A stretch of DNA of 63,161 nucleotides, the filler included. It is 3 parts of 3 records of this genome, joined end to end, with 100 filler letters (N's around TTAATTAATTAA, not from the genome) between each part and the next. Parts side by side here need not be neighbours in the genome. Positions count along the whole stretch, not along the records: positions 1 to 30,426 come from DRR723986_5790; positions 30,527 to 56,528 come from DRR723986_5795; 1 more part is not named here. One strand, given 5' to 3'. The notes under the pieces are model-generated. The model did no database searches, was not told where the DNA came from, and was given only the letters and a program-made list of their open reading frames with translations. The position numbers were made by a program, and so were the translations under genes. Shown piece by piece: positions 28,511 to 39,044 of this stretch (the first letter of the stretch is position 1; each line of letters opens with the position of its first letter).

Positions 28511-29233
28511 ATGTTCGACGTTGATCCCACTTCGCTGGCTGATAGTCGCATTCAACTGCATCTGGCTGCCCAGTTGATCGGCGGTGCTGCCGACGCGAGC
28601 CTTGAGAAAGCGACCGATGATAGCCATGCAAACATGGGTTGGAATGCGGAAACATCGTCGCTGGAAGGCCGAGCAGGCGTTTCGATACGCGTCGAAGACC
28701 TGAGCGTCCATTACGCCGGCGATGCCTTTGATCTCGAAGGCGCCAAACTCGAAGATGCCACCCGTTGGCTATCAGAGAAGATCGATGCCAAAGTCGTGTT
28801 TCGCGGCTACGATGGTATGCCCAAACACGCAATTGAAAACGGCACGCCCATTTCAATCCCAACAGAGCATCGGACGGCCATGGCGGCCTGGTTCAGTTTT
28901 GCTCAAGAGGCTCTCGCCGGCAATGGCGAGCTGCGGATATGGCCGCATCACTTTGATATGGGATTCTGGCAACCGTCACCCACCCAAGGCAAGAGCATAG
29001 GCGGTGGTTTTTCCATCGGCGACGACTACTATGACCGCCCCTATTTTTACATGAACCCCTATGGCTTGGAACGCCCCGATTCCCTGCCCAGTCTACCGGC
29101 TGGACACTGGACAAAGCACTGGTTCGGCGCAGTGCTCGATGCCACCGAGTTGCAGAACCAGGCCTCACCGCAGCAAGTGGCCCGTCAGTTTGTCACCGAC
29201 GGCCGCTCTACGTGCGAGACGCTACTGAAATAG
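28511..29233 (+). CDS. Hypothetical protein, DUF5996-like
   Basis: RIQLHLAAQ, IWPHHFD, GGFSIGD and PYFY motifs; starts 36 nt after the preceding stop. Confidence 0.65.
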   Translation: MFDVDPTSLADSRIQLHLAAQLIGGAADASLEKATDDSHANMGWNAETSSLEGRAGVSIRVEDLSVHYAGDAFDLEGAKLEDATRWLSEKIDAKVVFRGYDGMPKHAIENGTPISIPTEHRTAMAAWFSFAQEALAGNGELRIWPHHFDMGFWQPSPTQGKSIGGGFSIGDDYYDRPYFYMNPYGLERPDSLPSLPAGHWTKHWFGAVLDATELQNQASPQQVARQFVTDGRSTCETLLK

Positions 29234-29277
29234 CCGCCAACCTGCAGCGAGATAGCCCAAGCAAAAGTGCGTCAGCA

Positions 29278-29331
29278 ATAAAAATGCACTTCACGCTGAT
29301 CAGATTGACTGATGCGTAGAGTGCATTTTAT
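29278..29331. terminator. Inverted repeat between convergent genes
   Basis: ATAAAAATGCACT..ACGC ... GCGT..AGTGCATTTTAT imperfect long stem. Confidence 0.55.
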
Positions 29332-29405
29332 GTTTCGGGCTAGTCGGAACGTGCTCGCTGATTCGTCACTGAGCGAGAGCTCCGACGGAATCGCATGCTA
29401 TCGCA

Positions 29406-30425
29406 TTAGAACATATAGATAGCGTCGAAGCCGATCATCGATTGTGAATCCGCCGATCCATCATCGAAGGGGCTTCCATTGCCATCGAACCAATCGATTC
29501 GTGCCTCTGGTCGCAACATGAAGTGGCTACACGGGGTGTAGTTCAATCCAACGGTTACCGAGTAGAAATCACCGACGAATGGAGGATGGTTTGGGTTGCT
29601 GGCGCGGTTGAGCCCGACGCGAGTTCCCTCTTCGTCCTTGAACCATTCAACCCGCCCACCGAGTCGCCATTTGTCGTTCAGTCGATAATACGCATACTGG
29701 TCGATACCAAACCAGTCCGCTCGCTCTCCCGCTGCAGCCCCTCGCTCTTGGAAACCAAGCCAGTGGTGGAACACGTATTCCAACCGTGCCGAAAGAGGCA
29801 AACTATAGATCCAACTGTAACGTGTTCGATTCGTGAACTCGTTTGTGATTGGTAGACCAGCTAGATTGTTTGTCTCGTCGCCGGTTGTAATTGCAAACGA
29901 AGTCCAAGCACCAGTACTCTGGGAATCGTATCGGACCTTGCCGATGAAGCCGACGCTATCACTGGTGCGATCAATTGCATCCCAGCCGTTGTGCAAACCG
30001 GTTTGGACGGTGAGCGCTTCGGTTGCTTTCCAGTTTGCCTGCACCCCCCAGTGCGTGAACGGTCCCGCAAACTGGTAGCTGTAGGACTTTGAGTAGAAGA
30101 AGTTGTCGGGTGCCGTCAGACCTTCATAGCCTACAACGGAGTAGAAGTGGCCGACTTGAACGTTGAGATCCTGCGAGCCGACCGCCAAGTAGGCTTGAGG
30201 AATCGCCGACCCATACTGCTCGCGATTCCATCGGGCGGATCCGTCATCGCGCCGCTCCAGTCCGTTTGACTGGGCAAGCAGATAATCCTGGCCGAACAAA
30301 TAGTCGATGCGCGCCCCCCAGCCCGTTCCATTCAGGGGCAAACCGCGCTCGGCGATAATGTACGCCTGATTGAGCATCGCATCGTTGCTTCGATCCACGG
30401 CGTTGTAAGGCCCGTTGTATCGGCT
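29406..30425 (-). CDS. Outer-membrane beta-barrel porin (BBP2/DUF1597-like), 5'-truncated by contig end
   Basis: LNQAY, GHFYSVVGYE, NFFYS, PFTHWG and RPEARIDW motifs, terminal F; frame open up to the N spacer. Confidence 0.85.
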   Translation of the reverse strand, partial: SRYNGPYNAVDRSNDAMLNQAYIIAERGLPLNGTGWGARIDYLFGQDYLLAQSNGLERRDDGSARWNREQYGSAIPQAYLAVGSQDLNVQVGHFYSVVGYEGLTAPDNFFYSKSYSYQFAGPFTHWGVQANWKATEALTVQTGLHNGWDAIDRTSDSVGFIGKVRYDSQSTGAWTSFAITTGDETNNLAGLPITNEFTNRTRYSWIYSLPLSARLEYVFHHWLGFQERGAAAGERADWFGIDQYAYYRLNDKWRLGGRVEWFKDEEGTRVGLNRASNPNHPPFVGDFYSVTVGLNYTPCSHFMLRPEARIDWFDGNGSPFDDGSADSQSMIGFDAIYMF

Positions 30426-30426
30426 C

Positions 30427-30526
30427 NNNNNNNNNNNNNNNNNNNNNNNNNNNNNNNNNNNNNNNNNNNNTTAATTAATTAANNNNNNNNNNNNNNNNNN
30501 NNNNNNNNNNNNNNNNNNNNNNNNNN
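30427..30526. other. Artificial contig spacer
   Basis: 44 N + TTAATTAATTAA (stops in all six frames) + 44 N. Confidence 0.99.
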
Positions 30527-32105
30527 CGGCATGGGTGGCATGGGCGGCGGCATGGGCGGCGGCATGTTCTTCGTGCCCGACGACAACAATCGCACCCAAG
30601 GACGTTCGCCTCTTTCCCTCAATCACTCTGTGAGTACTTCTGAAGCACAGCAGTGGGTCGAACGATTCGAAGCTGCCGACGATGAACAGCGTGTTCTATT
30701 GGATTCCGAACTTCGTCGTGAGATCCAAAGCAAGGTTGAAACGGCTTCTGACTACCTGGCTGGTAAAGCACAGAAGCAAGCAGTTGCTGAGTTCCAAAGC
30801 GTTATCGATATCGTTGGAGGACTTCTAGGGGCGGGATATCCTGCACCATGGATGTACCAGACCCTTGGCCTCAGCATGGAAGCCTGCGATTATCCTGCAG
30901 ATGACATCCAACGCGTGATGCTGAGCGGCTTGGATTTCGAAGGGAACGCTAACCAAGCTGTGAAACTTGCCGAGTACTTCGTTGCTCGCGGCATGAAGGC
31001 TGAGGCGTTGGAGCTACTACATGATGTTGCCAAGATCGAGCCTTATCGATACGACGTGTTTTCGCTGGCTCTGCCCCTGGCATCTGAAACTGGAGATGTT
31101 GATGCTCTCCGTTGGGCTACGCTTGGCGTTTTGAGCAAAGCTTGGCCAAAAGAGCGAGCAGCAATTTATCAAGATGCTGAACTGAAAGCCAAACTCGCAG
31201 CCGCGATGCTTCGTCGTGACGGGCGGTTGGTAGAGGCCAGTGCTTTTGAAAGTGAAGTCGAACAAGCACGTGTTCGTGACTTGGCCGTTCGAGTTACTTG
31301 GTCCGGGGAAGCAGACTTGGATTTGCGAGTCCGCGAACCTGCTGGAACAGTTTGTTCTTTGTCGAATCCTCAAACAGCCTCAGGCGGAGTCCTGTTGGGG
31401 GATTCCAGCCATGTTAGTGGTCGCCAAGGCGTTGAAGGTACCTCTGAGTTCTACGTTTGTTCTGAAGGGTTTTCGGGACAGTACGATATCTTGGTCAAGA
31501 AGATTTGGGGCGATACTGCTGGCGGTCGTGCGACAGTTGAGATCTTTACCGACTTCGGTAAAGAGAACCAGCAACGTATTGTTAAGCAGGTCGACATATC
31601 TGATAAAGATGTTGTGATCCAGGTTGCCGTTCGGGATGGACAACGACAGGAATCCATCGCGGAAGCTCAAGTTGCTGGTATTCGACAGCAACAAATGCAA
31701 ATGGCCGAGAGTGTCCTTGGGCAGTTCGGCGGCGAAGAAGATTCGGATGACTATTACAACGCTCGCCGCGCACTGGCTGCCGCAGCAGCCGCTGCGAATC
31801 AGCGACGAGCTGGTATTGGGTTTCCTCGAGCTGGTGCGGTTGGTTATATGCCCATCATTACTCAGTTGCCCGAAGGTGCGTTCATGTCGGTCAACGGTGT
31901 AGTCTCTGCAGATCGTCGTTATGTGCGGATTTCCCCATCACCATTCTTCTCGGGAATCGGTGAGGTCTTCACCTTTAACTTCATCACTGGTGCCGGTGGT
32001 GGTGGTGCTGGTGGCGGCGGACTCGGTGGCGGCGGACTCGGCGGCGGCGGACTCGGCGGCGGTGGTGGTGGAATCGGCGGCGGCGGTGGCGGATTTGGAT
32101 TCTAA
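30527..32105 (+). CDS. Planctomycete protein (5'-truncated): helical/TPR-like region, YfaP/DUF2135-like domain, secretin-like C-terminal motif, Gly-rich tail
   Basis: RVTWSGEADLDLRVREP (DUF2135-like); VVSADRRYVRISPSPFFS; poly-Gly stretches at both ends. Confidence 0.7.
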
Positions 32106-32343
32106 GCCAACCACTCGCATTGCTAGCTAACCTAAATCGTGTTTCACAGCGGCAGCCTTTTCCTTCGGGATGGGCTGCCGTTTTTCATGCGCTCGACGTG
32201 TAAGTTGCAAAACCCCCACGTTTTGCTTGCAGCCTTGCCTGCAAATGCTCAATTCTGGTAGTAACTCATGTTCGCATCGTGCCCGACCGAGCGGCTCAAT
32301 GCTTATACCAACATGTGAACACTTCCGTCGTACCGGAATAGGC

Positions 32344-33489
32344 ATGACACGAATCGATCGATACATACTATTCCTGTATTTCAGGATCCTAGCAATCTGT
32401 TTCGCATCGGTTGCTGGATTGCTGATCGTGGTAGAGATATTCACCAACCTGGATGAGTTTGCTCGTTACGGCGAGCGGTCTGGCCACGGCATCTTCCCAG
32501 TGCTTGTCGAGTATTTCACGCCTAGGATCTTCGACACATTCGAGGGCATGAGCGGGCTACTTGCCCTGCTCGCCTTGCTGTTTGTAGTTGCGTGGCTAAA
32601 CAAAACCAACGAGTTTACGGCCCTGCTGGCCGCCGGCGTCACCAAGCGGCGCGTGATTAAGCCACTCCTGGCTGCATCGATCCTGGTCATCCTGTCCGCG
32701 GCGTTGATTCGCGAGTTGATCGTTCCTAGTTACCGTGATGAACTTCAACGCCGTCCCCAGGATCTAACCGGTGAAATGCCACGGGCCATGCGACCCGTCT
32801 ATGACGCGTCGACGCAGATATTGCTCCGAGGCAAGAGCTTGTTTCCTGCAAAGTACGAGGTCTTGGCTCCCAACTTTCGAGTCTATGGCGGGCCAATTCA
32901 CGAGCAGCTCGGCGCTTCGATAGAGGCCGAGCGAGCCAATTATGTCGCCGCGACATCAGAGCACCCAGCGGGTTACATTTTGCGTGGCATCACCAAGCCA
33001 GCAGACCTGAGCGACGTTGCTGCTGTGCAGATTGATGGCAAACCGGCGTTGGAAACGCCCAGTTCTGCATCCTGGCTAGGTGCCGGTGAGTACTTCGTTT
33101 CTAGTGAGATTGGCTACGAATCACTGCGCGGTGGCAACGCGGCCAAGCAGTATGCGTCAACGCTTGCTCTGGTTGATCTTCTCAAGAGTGAACCGGAGAA
33201 TAAGGGGCGATCGATCAAAGTGAAAATACACACTCGATTGCTCCGGCCATTTGTGGACTGGACGGTGTTACTGCTAGGGATTCCCGTCCTGCTTGCCCGG
33301 CCAGATCGTCACATGTTTTGGATCGCAGGCTCCTGCATTGGTATCGTCGCGGTCTTCTCTGTGATCTGCTTGGGCGTGGCTGCGCTGGGCACTTCGGGAG
33401 CAATTCCTCCCATCCTGGCTGGCTGGGCACCAATTGTGGCGTTCTTGCCAATTGGTTGGGCGAGGACACAGCAAGCCTATGAGACCTGA
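32344..33489 (+). CDS. LptF/LptG-family LPS export permease
   Basis: Start MTRIDRYI; NEFTALLAAGV...IKP motif; 3+3 TM layout; AGWAP near the C-terminus. Confidence 0.88.
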   Translation: MTRIDRYILFLYFRILAICFASVAGLLIVVEIFTNLDEFARYGERSGHGIFPVLVEYFTPRIFDTFEGMSGLLALLALLFVVAWLNKTNEFTALLAAGVTKRRVIKPLLAASILVILSAALIRELIVPSYRDELQRRPQDLTGEMPRAMRPVYDASTQILLRGKSLFPAKYEVLAPNFRVYGGPIHEQLGASIEAERANYVAATSEHPAGYILRGITKPADLSDVAAVQIDGKPALETPSSASWLGAGEYFVSSEIGYESLRGGNAAKQYASTLALVDLLKSEPENKGRSIKVKIHTRLLRPFVDWTVLLLGIPVLLARPDRHMFWIAGSCIGIVAVFSVICLGVAALGTSGAIPPILAGWAPIVAFLPIGWARTQQAYET

Positions 33490-33768
33490 GTTGCATCTTT
33501 AGGCTGGCACCTTCCGTCTGCTGCCACCTTCAATCTACTGACCCGTTTTGGCACTTTTCGTGGGGGGGCACACACCTCGATGTGGGTGGTGTGTCGCTTT
33601 TCCAGCGACGTTGAGAGGAGTTTTAGGGCTGCGCCGCGCCCATCAAATCTTAACATGGTTCGATGTAGCTTCGAACCTTGCAATCAAAGACTCGTCAGCT
33701 ATCTTAAAGTAGTGGAGGAACGTCCAGCTACAGTCTGAGAACACACTCGTATTCAAATACGCAACCCA

Positions 33769-34251
33769 ATGCCTGATTCCTATTTCGCATTCATGCTCAG
33801 ACGGGTAACTATTGCGGTTGTCATTCTCATTGGATTCTGTCTGCTGCCAGGTCCACGCAGCCTGATTGCTGGTGCGCTGGGATACATCTTTGAACCCGAA
33901 TCGGTTCAAGCGATTTGGGTTGGATTTCACCTAAGCGTGATTCACTTCTGTTGGCTGTTTGGATTCGAGATCCAATGGCTGCCCTACCCACCCGGCACCG
34001 ACGCACTTCTCGCAGGCGTTTCCTTCCTGCTGAGTGTTTTCGTTCAGGTCGTTGTCGTGCTAGGACTCTACATCGGTGGTCGCATTCTGTTCGTCTACTA
34101 CGATGACGAAGGCGAGGACGAGGATCCTGAGGCAGACGAAATCGATTCAGCGATTGCGACCCAGATCGACCTATCTCCCGCCGAGCCGGATGACCGTGGT
34201 GCCGATGGGAATTCTAAGACCAATCAGCCCAAGGTTGTGCGGCGGGCCTGA
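33769..34251 (+). CDS. Hypothetical membrane protein
   Basis: Three hydrophobic segments and an acidic C-terminal tail. Confidence 0.6.
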   Translation: MPDSYFAFMLRRVTIAVVILIGFCLLPGPRSLIAGALGYIFEPESVQAIWVGFHLSVIHFCWLFGFEIQWLPYPPGTDALLAGVSFLLSVFVQVVVVLGLYIGGRILFVYYDDEGEDEDPEADEIDSAIATQIDLSPAEPDDRGADGNSKTNQPKVVRRA

Positions 34252-34850
34252 TTCGCTTTGTACAGGTACGGATTCAACGTTGGATCGTTGTACATCTTCA
34301 TCTGCCGGTAGGTCTTGTGAATCTTTGAGCCAGTGGCAACGTCGCTGAGTAACTCGGCAAGTGATTGGGCCAGATCTCGACGTTGTTCTTTGCACAGGTC
34401 GATTCGTTGCTGGACTTTAGCGATATGATCATCGCTCGCGTCATCCCGCTCAAGTTGTTCTTCGTAGTGGTAGAGCCGTAGTGCCATGATGCTCAAGCGA
34501 TCGACAGCACTTCCTGGAGTTTCCGTATTGAGTTTCGCATCCGCGACGGGAGACACGCCGCGCCGTCCAAGTTCCTCGGTGATCCAATCGTCGAGTTTTT
34601 CGATGTGGTCGTTGCGAGCTTGATTCAGGCGATCGATTTCGCGTTTGACCGTTGCAATCTGTTCGTCGCTAACGTCTTTACTGCGAGCGATGTCTTCCTG
34701 GTGCCAGAGCTCGTAATTGAAAGTGTGCTGTTTGCAGACCAGCTCTAGCACTCCCGCGTAGGTGTTCTCGATATCTTGTTGGTGCCAGAGAGCGACAGTT
34801 TCTTCGTGCAGTTTGAGAATTTCGTCCACATTCAAAAGCACTTCAGTCAT
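34224..34850 (-). CDS. DUF4254-family protein
   Basis: LWHQEDIAR, IDRLNQARND, ETPGSAVDRLSI and KMYNDP motifs. Confidence 0.85.
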   Translation of the reverse strand: MTEVLLNVDEILKLHEETVALWHQQDIENTYAGVLELVCKQHTFNYELWHQEDIARSKDVSDEQIATVKREIDRLNQARNDHIEKLDDWITEELGRRGVSPVADAKLNTETPGSAVDRLSIMALRLYHYEEQLERDDASDDHIAKVQQRIDLCKEQRRDLAQSLAELLSDVATGSKIHKTYRQMKMYNDPTLNPYLYKANQARRTTLG

Positions 34851-35158
34851 GGCGTTGTCCTATCCAAAGTCTTGTCGTGTACTCGAATAACAGAGTCACG
34901 GTCACTTACGAAAGTCACGGTTACTAATCTCACGGTCTCTTTGGCAACGCCCAAGAAGCTAGCACAATCGTGCGATATTGGGCAAGACAGGTTGACTCTA
35001 TCGCCCCGCAACTCGACTGCCGGATTATTACAAATGTAGCGGCGGTGAGTGTCCGATACATGCTGAGGGTCCAAATTTTTATGGGCGCGATCGGAAAAAC
35101 TAGTTTGCTGCATGGCGAGGTGGCGTCAGCAGCCAACGGGCACTGGGGGAGAGGGTTC

Positions 35159-36124
35159 ATGCGTAGGTTTTGGATTACGTTTTCGTTGCTGAGTGTTGCC
35201 GTGATGGGGCAACGTGCTGAAGCGCAAAGCAGCGCGTTTGTTCCAGGTACAGGAACCGAGTTGACGCAAGTTGGCGACGATTTCGAAGATCCAAACTGGG
35301 CATATATCCCTAACAATCCAAAGAGTACCGAGGATATCAACGAGCGTCAGAATACGCCGGTTGGAAAGAGCAAGAATGGTCGGTGGTTCGAAGGGATCAA
35401 ACGCGGCCATCCGGATATCGTCCGGCGTGTTGAAACGCCTCCTGGCGGTCTGCCTGGAAGTAAAGGATCGCTATTGCTTCAGTCCCTGTATACCGGGATT
35501 CCAAATCGTCCGAGCAACAAAATGCACCAAGAGGACTTCATCGGAAATGTCCAGTATCGGATGGGTGGACCACTTTCCGTTTCGAGTGCACCGAGCATAA
35601 CGACGCGAGTCTATCTGCCGCCAATCGAGCAGTGGGAGAAGCGAACTGGCCCGCATTTCGCATTCAGGGCTGCTGTCGAGACTACCAAGACAGAAACTAA
35701 GAAGAAGCTCTTTTTCTCCTCGACCTCAAAGGAAAACGAAATCTACTGGCCGGGGCTTTTCATTATTCTTGAAAGCAAGCATCAGACGCGCAAGGAGCAC
35801 GACTACGCCTATTTCCGCGTCCGTGCAAATCAGCGTGGCGGTGATTTCAAGGGGCCACAGATCACCACGACCGGATGGTGGACGCTGGGCATGTCGTTCT
35901 CGACTGATGGGATGGTCCACTACTACGCAAAGCCCGGCGTAGAGGATCTGACGCAGGAAGACTATCTGACCAGTCAATATCCGTACGGCTATCGTTGCGA
36001 GCGTTTCCGATCGTTCTTCTACAATGTCGTCAACGGTGACAACGGGCGCGACTGGACCACGCCGTGGATCGTTGATGATCCGAAGGTCTTCGTTCAACGC
36101 GGTGCCCGAATGGCCCGTCGATAA
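35159..36124 (+). CDS. Secreted hypothetical protein (beta-rich)
   Basis: Signal peptide MRRFWITFSLLSVAVMGQRAEA; DDFED motif; terminator follows. The ORF track starts it at 34970. Confidence 0.75.
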   Translation: MRRFWITFSLLSVAVMGQRAEAQSSAFVPGTGTELTQVGDDFEDPNWAYIPNNPKSTEDINERQNTPVGKSKNGRWFEGIKRGHPDIVRRVETPPGGLPGSKGSLLLQSLYTGIPNRPSNKMHQEDFIGNVQYRMGGPLSVSSAPSITTRVYLPPIEQWEKRTGPHFAFRAAVETTKTETKKKLFFSSTSKENEIYWPGLFIILESKHQTRKEHDYAYFRVRANQRGGDFKGPQITTTGWWTLGMSFSTDGMVHYYAKPGVEDLTQEDYLTSQYPYGYRCERFRSFFYNVVNGDNGRDWTTPWIVDDPKVFVQRGARMARR

Positions 36125-36152
36125 GCGGACGCAAAATCCGAGAAACACCTCT

Positions 36153-36181
36153 AGGTCGAGCCCCAAGCTCGGCCTTTTTTT
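36153..36181 (+). terminator. Rho-independent terminator
   Basis: AGGTCGAGC-CCCAA-GCTCGGCCT followed by a T-run. Confidence 0.8.
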
Positions 36182-36204
36182 ATTGCGTGAACTCGGCTTT
36201 GTAG

Positions 36205-37497
36205 CTATCCAATCTCAGCCCTGATCCACTCTAGAGCTTCCGGTTTGCTCGTGAGCTCTTGATCCAATTGGAGCTCTCGGCACTTGGCTAGCAACTGGCG
36301 AAAAGCGGGACCTGGATTGAGTCCTGCCGTCTTGAGGTCATAGCCGGTCAACAATGGTGGCGGGTTCAGTTCCTCTGTAGGAAGAGCGATCCTTTCACGC
36401 AGAATTCTGACTTCGTTTGCCAGTCGCTCGTTTGACGTCGCCTTGCTCCGGCAATCAAGGAATTCAATCGCTGCAGAGGCGTGTGGAGAGATGAGCCAGG
36501 GCTGAAGAGCGGACCAAGGTAGCTCACTCGCTTGCTCAAGTGTCGATTGACTCTGCAGAGTGAACTTGGTGGCCCCTAGTTCTTCGTTTGACCACTTTAG
36601 GCGCTCGCGGAGCAACGAAAGAAGTAGTTCAAGTTCAGGCGACTGGACCTTGCAGAGCTGAAATGCTAGGCCGCAGAAGCGTTGCATCCATGGCAGGTCT
36701 CCTACTGAAAGCATTTCCCGAAGAGCGTCGTCCTTGCTGTTCCAACGCAGCGAAAACAGTGGAACAATTTCTTGCATCAGACCAGTTTCGATCAACTGCT
36801 CGACTCCCCAATATGCATTCTGGCTTGAAAACAGCTTCCGCAGCTCTTCGGCGATTCGCTCGCCGCTAACGGCTCCAAGCTGAAAGCTGTTTCGGGCAAT
36901 TGCTCCCTCTGTTTCTGCTTGGATTGAAAATCCAAGACGGGTTGCAAACCGGATCGCTCGCAGCATCCTGAGTTTGTCTTCTTGGATACGCTCTTCGGGG
37001 TCGCCAATGGCACGGATGACCCGGCGTTCCAGGTCTTGTTGACCACCGACAAAGTCGATGACTTCCTCCGACAGCGGATCAAAGAACATGCCGTTGATGG
37101 TGAAGTCGCGTCGCAGCGCATCGTGCTCTGGCGTTGAAAACTCAACGGAATCAGGGCGTCTCCCATCAGAGTAACCGCCGTCAGTGCGGAAGGTGGCAAC
37201 TTCAATTTGGGCGATCGTTTTGTTTGGCGGCAATACGACAATGACCCCGAAGCTGGCACCGATAGCTAGCGTTCGATCGTGCCCGAAAAGCTCACGAACC
37301 TGCTTGGGCGTCGCGCTCGTTGCAACATCATAGTCCTTCGGGGACGCACCCAACAAAAAGTCTCTAACGCAGCCGCCAGCCCAAAGCGCTTGGAAGCCAG
37401 CGTCGGTGAGCCTAGCAGTGATGCTCTTGGCGAAGTCGGCGTTTGGATCGTTCGGAACTTGGATCATACTTCTAGTTGCATTTATTTGTGCAGGCAA
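36205..37497 (-). CDS. cca: CCA tRNA nucleotidyltransferase
   Basis: GGCVRD, DYDVAT, EVATFR, RRDFTIN and EDKLRMLRAIRF motifs; true start may be 37467. Confidence 0.88.
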   Translation of the reverse strand: MPAQINATRSMIQVPNDPNADFAKSITARLTDAGFQALWAGGCVRDFLLGASPKDYDVATSATPKQVRELFGHDRTLAIGASFGVIVVLPPNKTIAQIEVATFRTDGGYSDGRRPDSVEFSTPEHDALRRDFTINGMFFDPLSEEVIDFVGGQQDLERRVIRAIGDPEERIQEDKLRMLRAIRFATRLGFSIQAETEGAIARNSFQLGAVSGERIAEELRKLFSSQNAYWGVEQLIETGLMQEIVPLFSLRWNSKDDALREMLSVGDLPWMQRFCGLAFQLCKVQSPELELLLSLLRERLKWSNEELGATKFTLQSQSTLEQASELPWSALQPWLISPHASAAIEFLDCRSKATSNERLANEVRILRERIALPTEELNPPPLLTGYDLKTAGLNPGPAFRQLLAKCRELQLDQELTSKPEALEWIRAEIG

Positions 37498-37529
37498 CGA
37501 AACTTAGATTGCAGCCATCTGTTGAATGT

Positions 37530-38045
37530 CTATACTCGGCTTGCGATACGAAGAGGGAGGACGCGATTTATCAGCGGAAGGACAGACTTTGATGCTCTTG
37601 AAAGTTCTTCCGTATGCGACTCCGAATCAATCTCGTCGGCGACAGTTGAGTCCGTGGTTGCGAAGCCGGTGAGCGATAGACTCTGGCTTTGTAGTGCGTC
37701 GCGGAACGTTGAAACTGTCTTGTTCCATTTCTCCAGATGTTCTTGCTGTTCGCTCGGGGAAAGCGGAACGCGTTCGAATTTGACGTGCCCTCCCCTTTCT
37801 GGGCGGAGCATTGCAATCAGCCTCCCCTGCTCTGCAGCGAACCTTGTGTTGTCGGCGAAGGCTCGCCGGAGTTCACCGCTGTCGGAAAACTGAAGCACAG
37901 GCTGTTCATCAAAATAGATGCTCATCTGCTGCAAGTCTTTTATGCCGACGACGACTTCGCAACCGTCAGCTTCAAATCGGTATCGCTCCCCAAAAGCGGT
38001 GGCATCTCGCAGCAGATTTTCGCGGGACTCTTCGTTGATTGCCAT
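37530..38045 (-). CDS. Hypothetical protein
   Basis: Probable start MAINEESRENLLRDATA; co-oriented just upstream of cca. Confidence 0.6.
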   Translation of the reverse strand: MAINEESRENLLRDATAFGERYRFEADGCEVVVGIKDLQQMSIYFDEQPVLQFSDSGELRRAFADNTRFAAEQGRLIAMLRPERGGHVKFERVPLSPSEQQEHLEKWNKTVSTFRDALQSQSLSLTGFATTDSTVADEIDSESHTEELSRASKSVLPLINRVLPLRIASRV

Positions 38046-38303
38046 AACTAACTTCGTTTCTCCGGGGGCCAGCCGCCAGAATGCTTGCAAAACCGCCTTG
38101 AACGTGTTGGCAAGATTTGCTGGATGCGTTGACTTTGACGGTCGATAGATCTTTAAGGACTGGGCCATCCATCCGGATCCCTTGTCTAGGGACGTTTTTG
38201 CCTTCCCAGGTCGAAAGCGTCAATCCCGCTTGGTAAACACCTTCGCCAGATTCAATATGAATGCGAAGCGAGTGGTAATAGATTACTGGTAAGGAAACCA
38301 AAG

Positions 38304-38939
38304 ATGCTACGCACTTCGTTGACTGCGTTAATGTTAGGCGCAATGACGCTGTTTGCTTCAGGTTGTTGTTGCGTTCAAGGGCTGCCCAGTGGAGCGAGCT
38401 GCGATAGCGGCTTTTATGCGGGAACAAGCTGTGGTGGGTGCAACGATGGCTGCTCAAGCGGCTCGTGCGGTGCTGGGCCATTGTCGCGACTTGCGAGTTG
38501 CAGGGGTGCGTGTGGCGATGTCTATGTCGATGAATGGATCAGCGAGCCACCAACTGTCGACAATTGTGGCTTCTCATGTGGTGGTTGTGGGCAATGCAAT
38601 CAGTGCCAACCGGTTCGTTCATTGCTGAAAATGCTCTGGGGCAGAAGCTATGGCGCGTGCTGCCCAACAGAACTTGTTGGTCCAACCTGCGGATGCGGCT
38701 CTGGCAGTTGCAGCACGGGTAGCTGCGGCTCGGGTGGATGTGGTTGTGATGGTGGTTCCCATATGAGTCACGGTTCGCCAATGCACATGGAGGCTGCTCC
38801 GTCGATGCAACCAATCCCTGCTGAGACCAAAAAGCCTGAGGCAAAGGAAGTTGTTCCAACTCCGGCCCCAGATCCAATGGCTCGTCATATCAATCCAGCT
38901 CGACGTCGAATGCAAGTTCGTTCTGCGTCGTACCGGTAG
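38304..38939 (+). CDS. Cys/Gly-rich lipoprotein
   Basis: AAGGA RBS, lipobox ASGC, more than 20 Cys, Pro-rich tail ending RRRMQVRSASYR. Confidence 0.8.
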   Translation: MLRTSLTALMLGAMTLFASGCCCVQGLPSGASCDSGFYAGTSCGGCNDGCSSGSCGAGPLSRLASCRGACGDVYVDEWISEPPTVDNCGFSCGGCGQCNQCQPVRSLLKMLWGRSYGACCPTELVGPTCGCGSGSCSTGSCGSGGCGCDGGSHMSHGSPMHMEAAPSMQPIPAETKKPEAKEVVPTPAPDPMARHINPARRRMQVRSASYR

Positions 38940-39044
38940 CGACCAACGTTTTACAGGTCCGCCAGCTTTGCTGTTCTAGTTTGGAACTTGGCTTGTGGGC
39001 TGGGTAAACCGAACGAAGAGACTGATCAAGTAGCAGCCTATGAA

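Noticed and set aside
30471-30482. TTAATTAATTAA palindrome
   Set aside because: Synthetic six-frame stop linker inside N padding.
36205-37497. Possible poly(A) polymerase
   Set aside because: Lacks the G(R/K)(R/K)F PAP signature (has IGASF) and carries a CCA-type loop.
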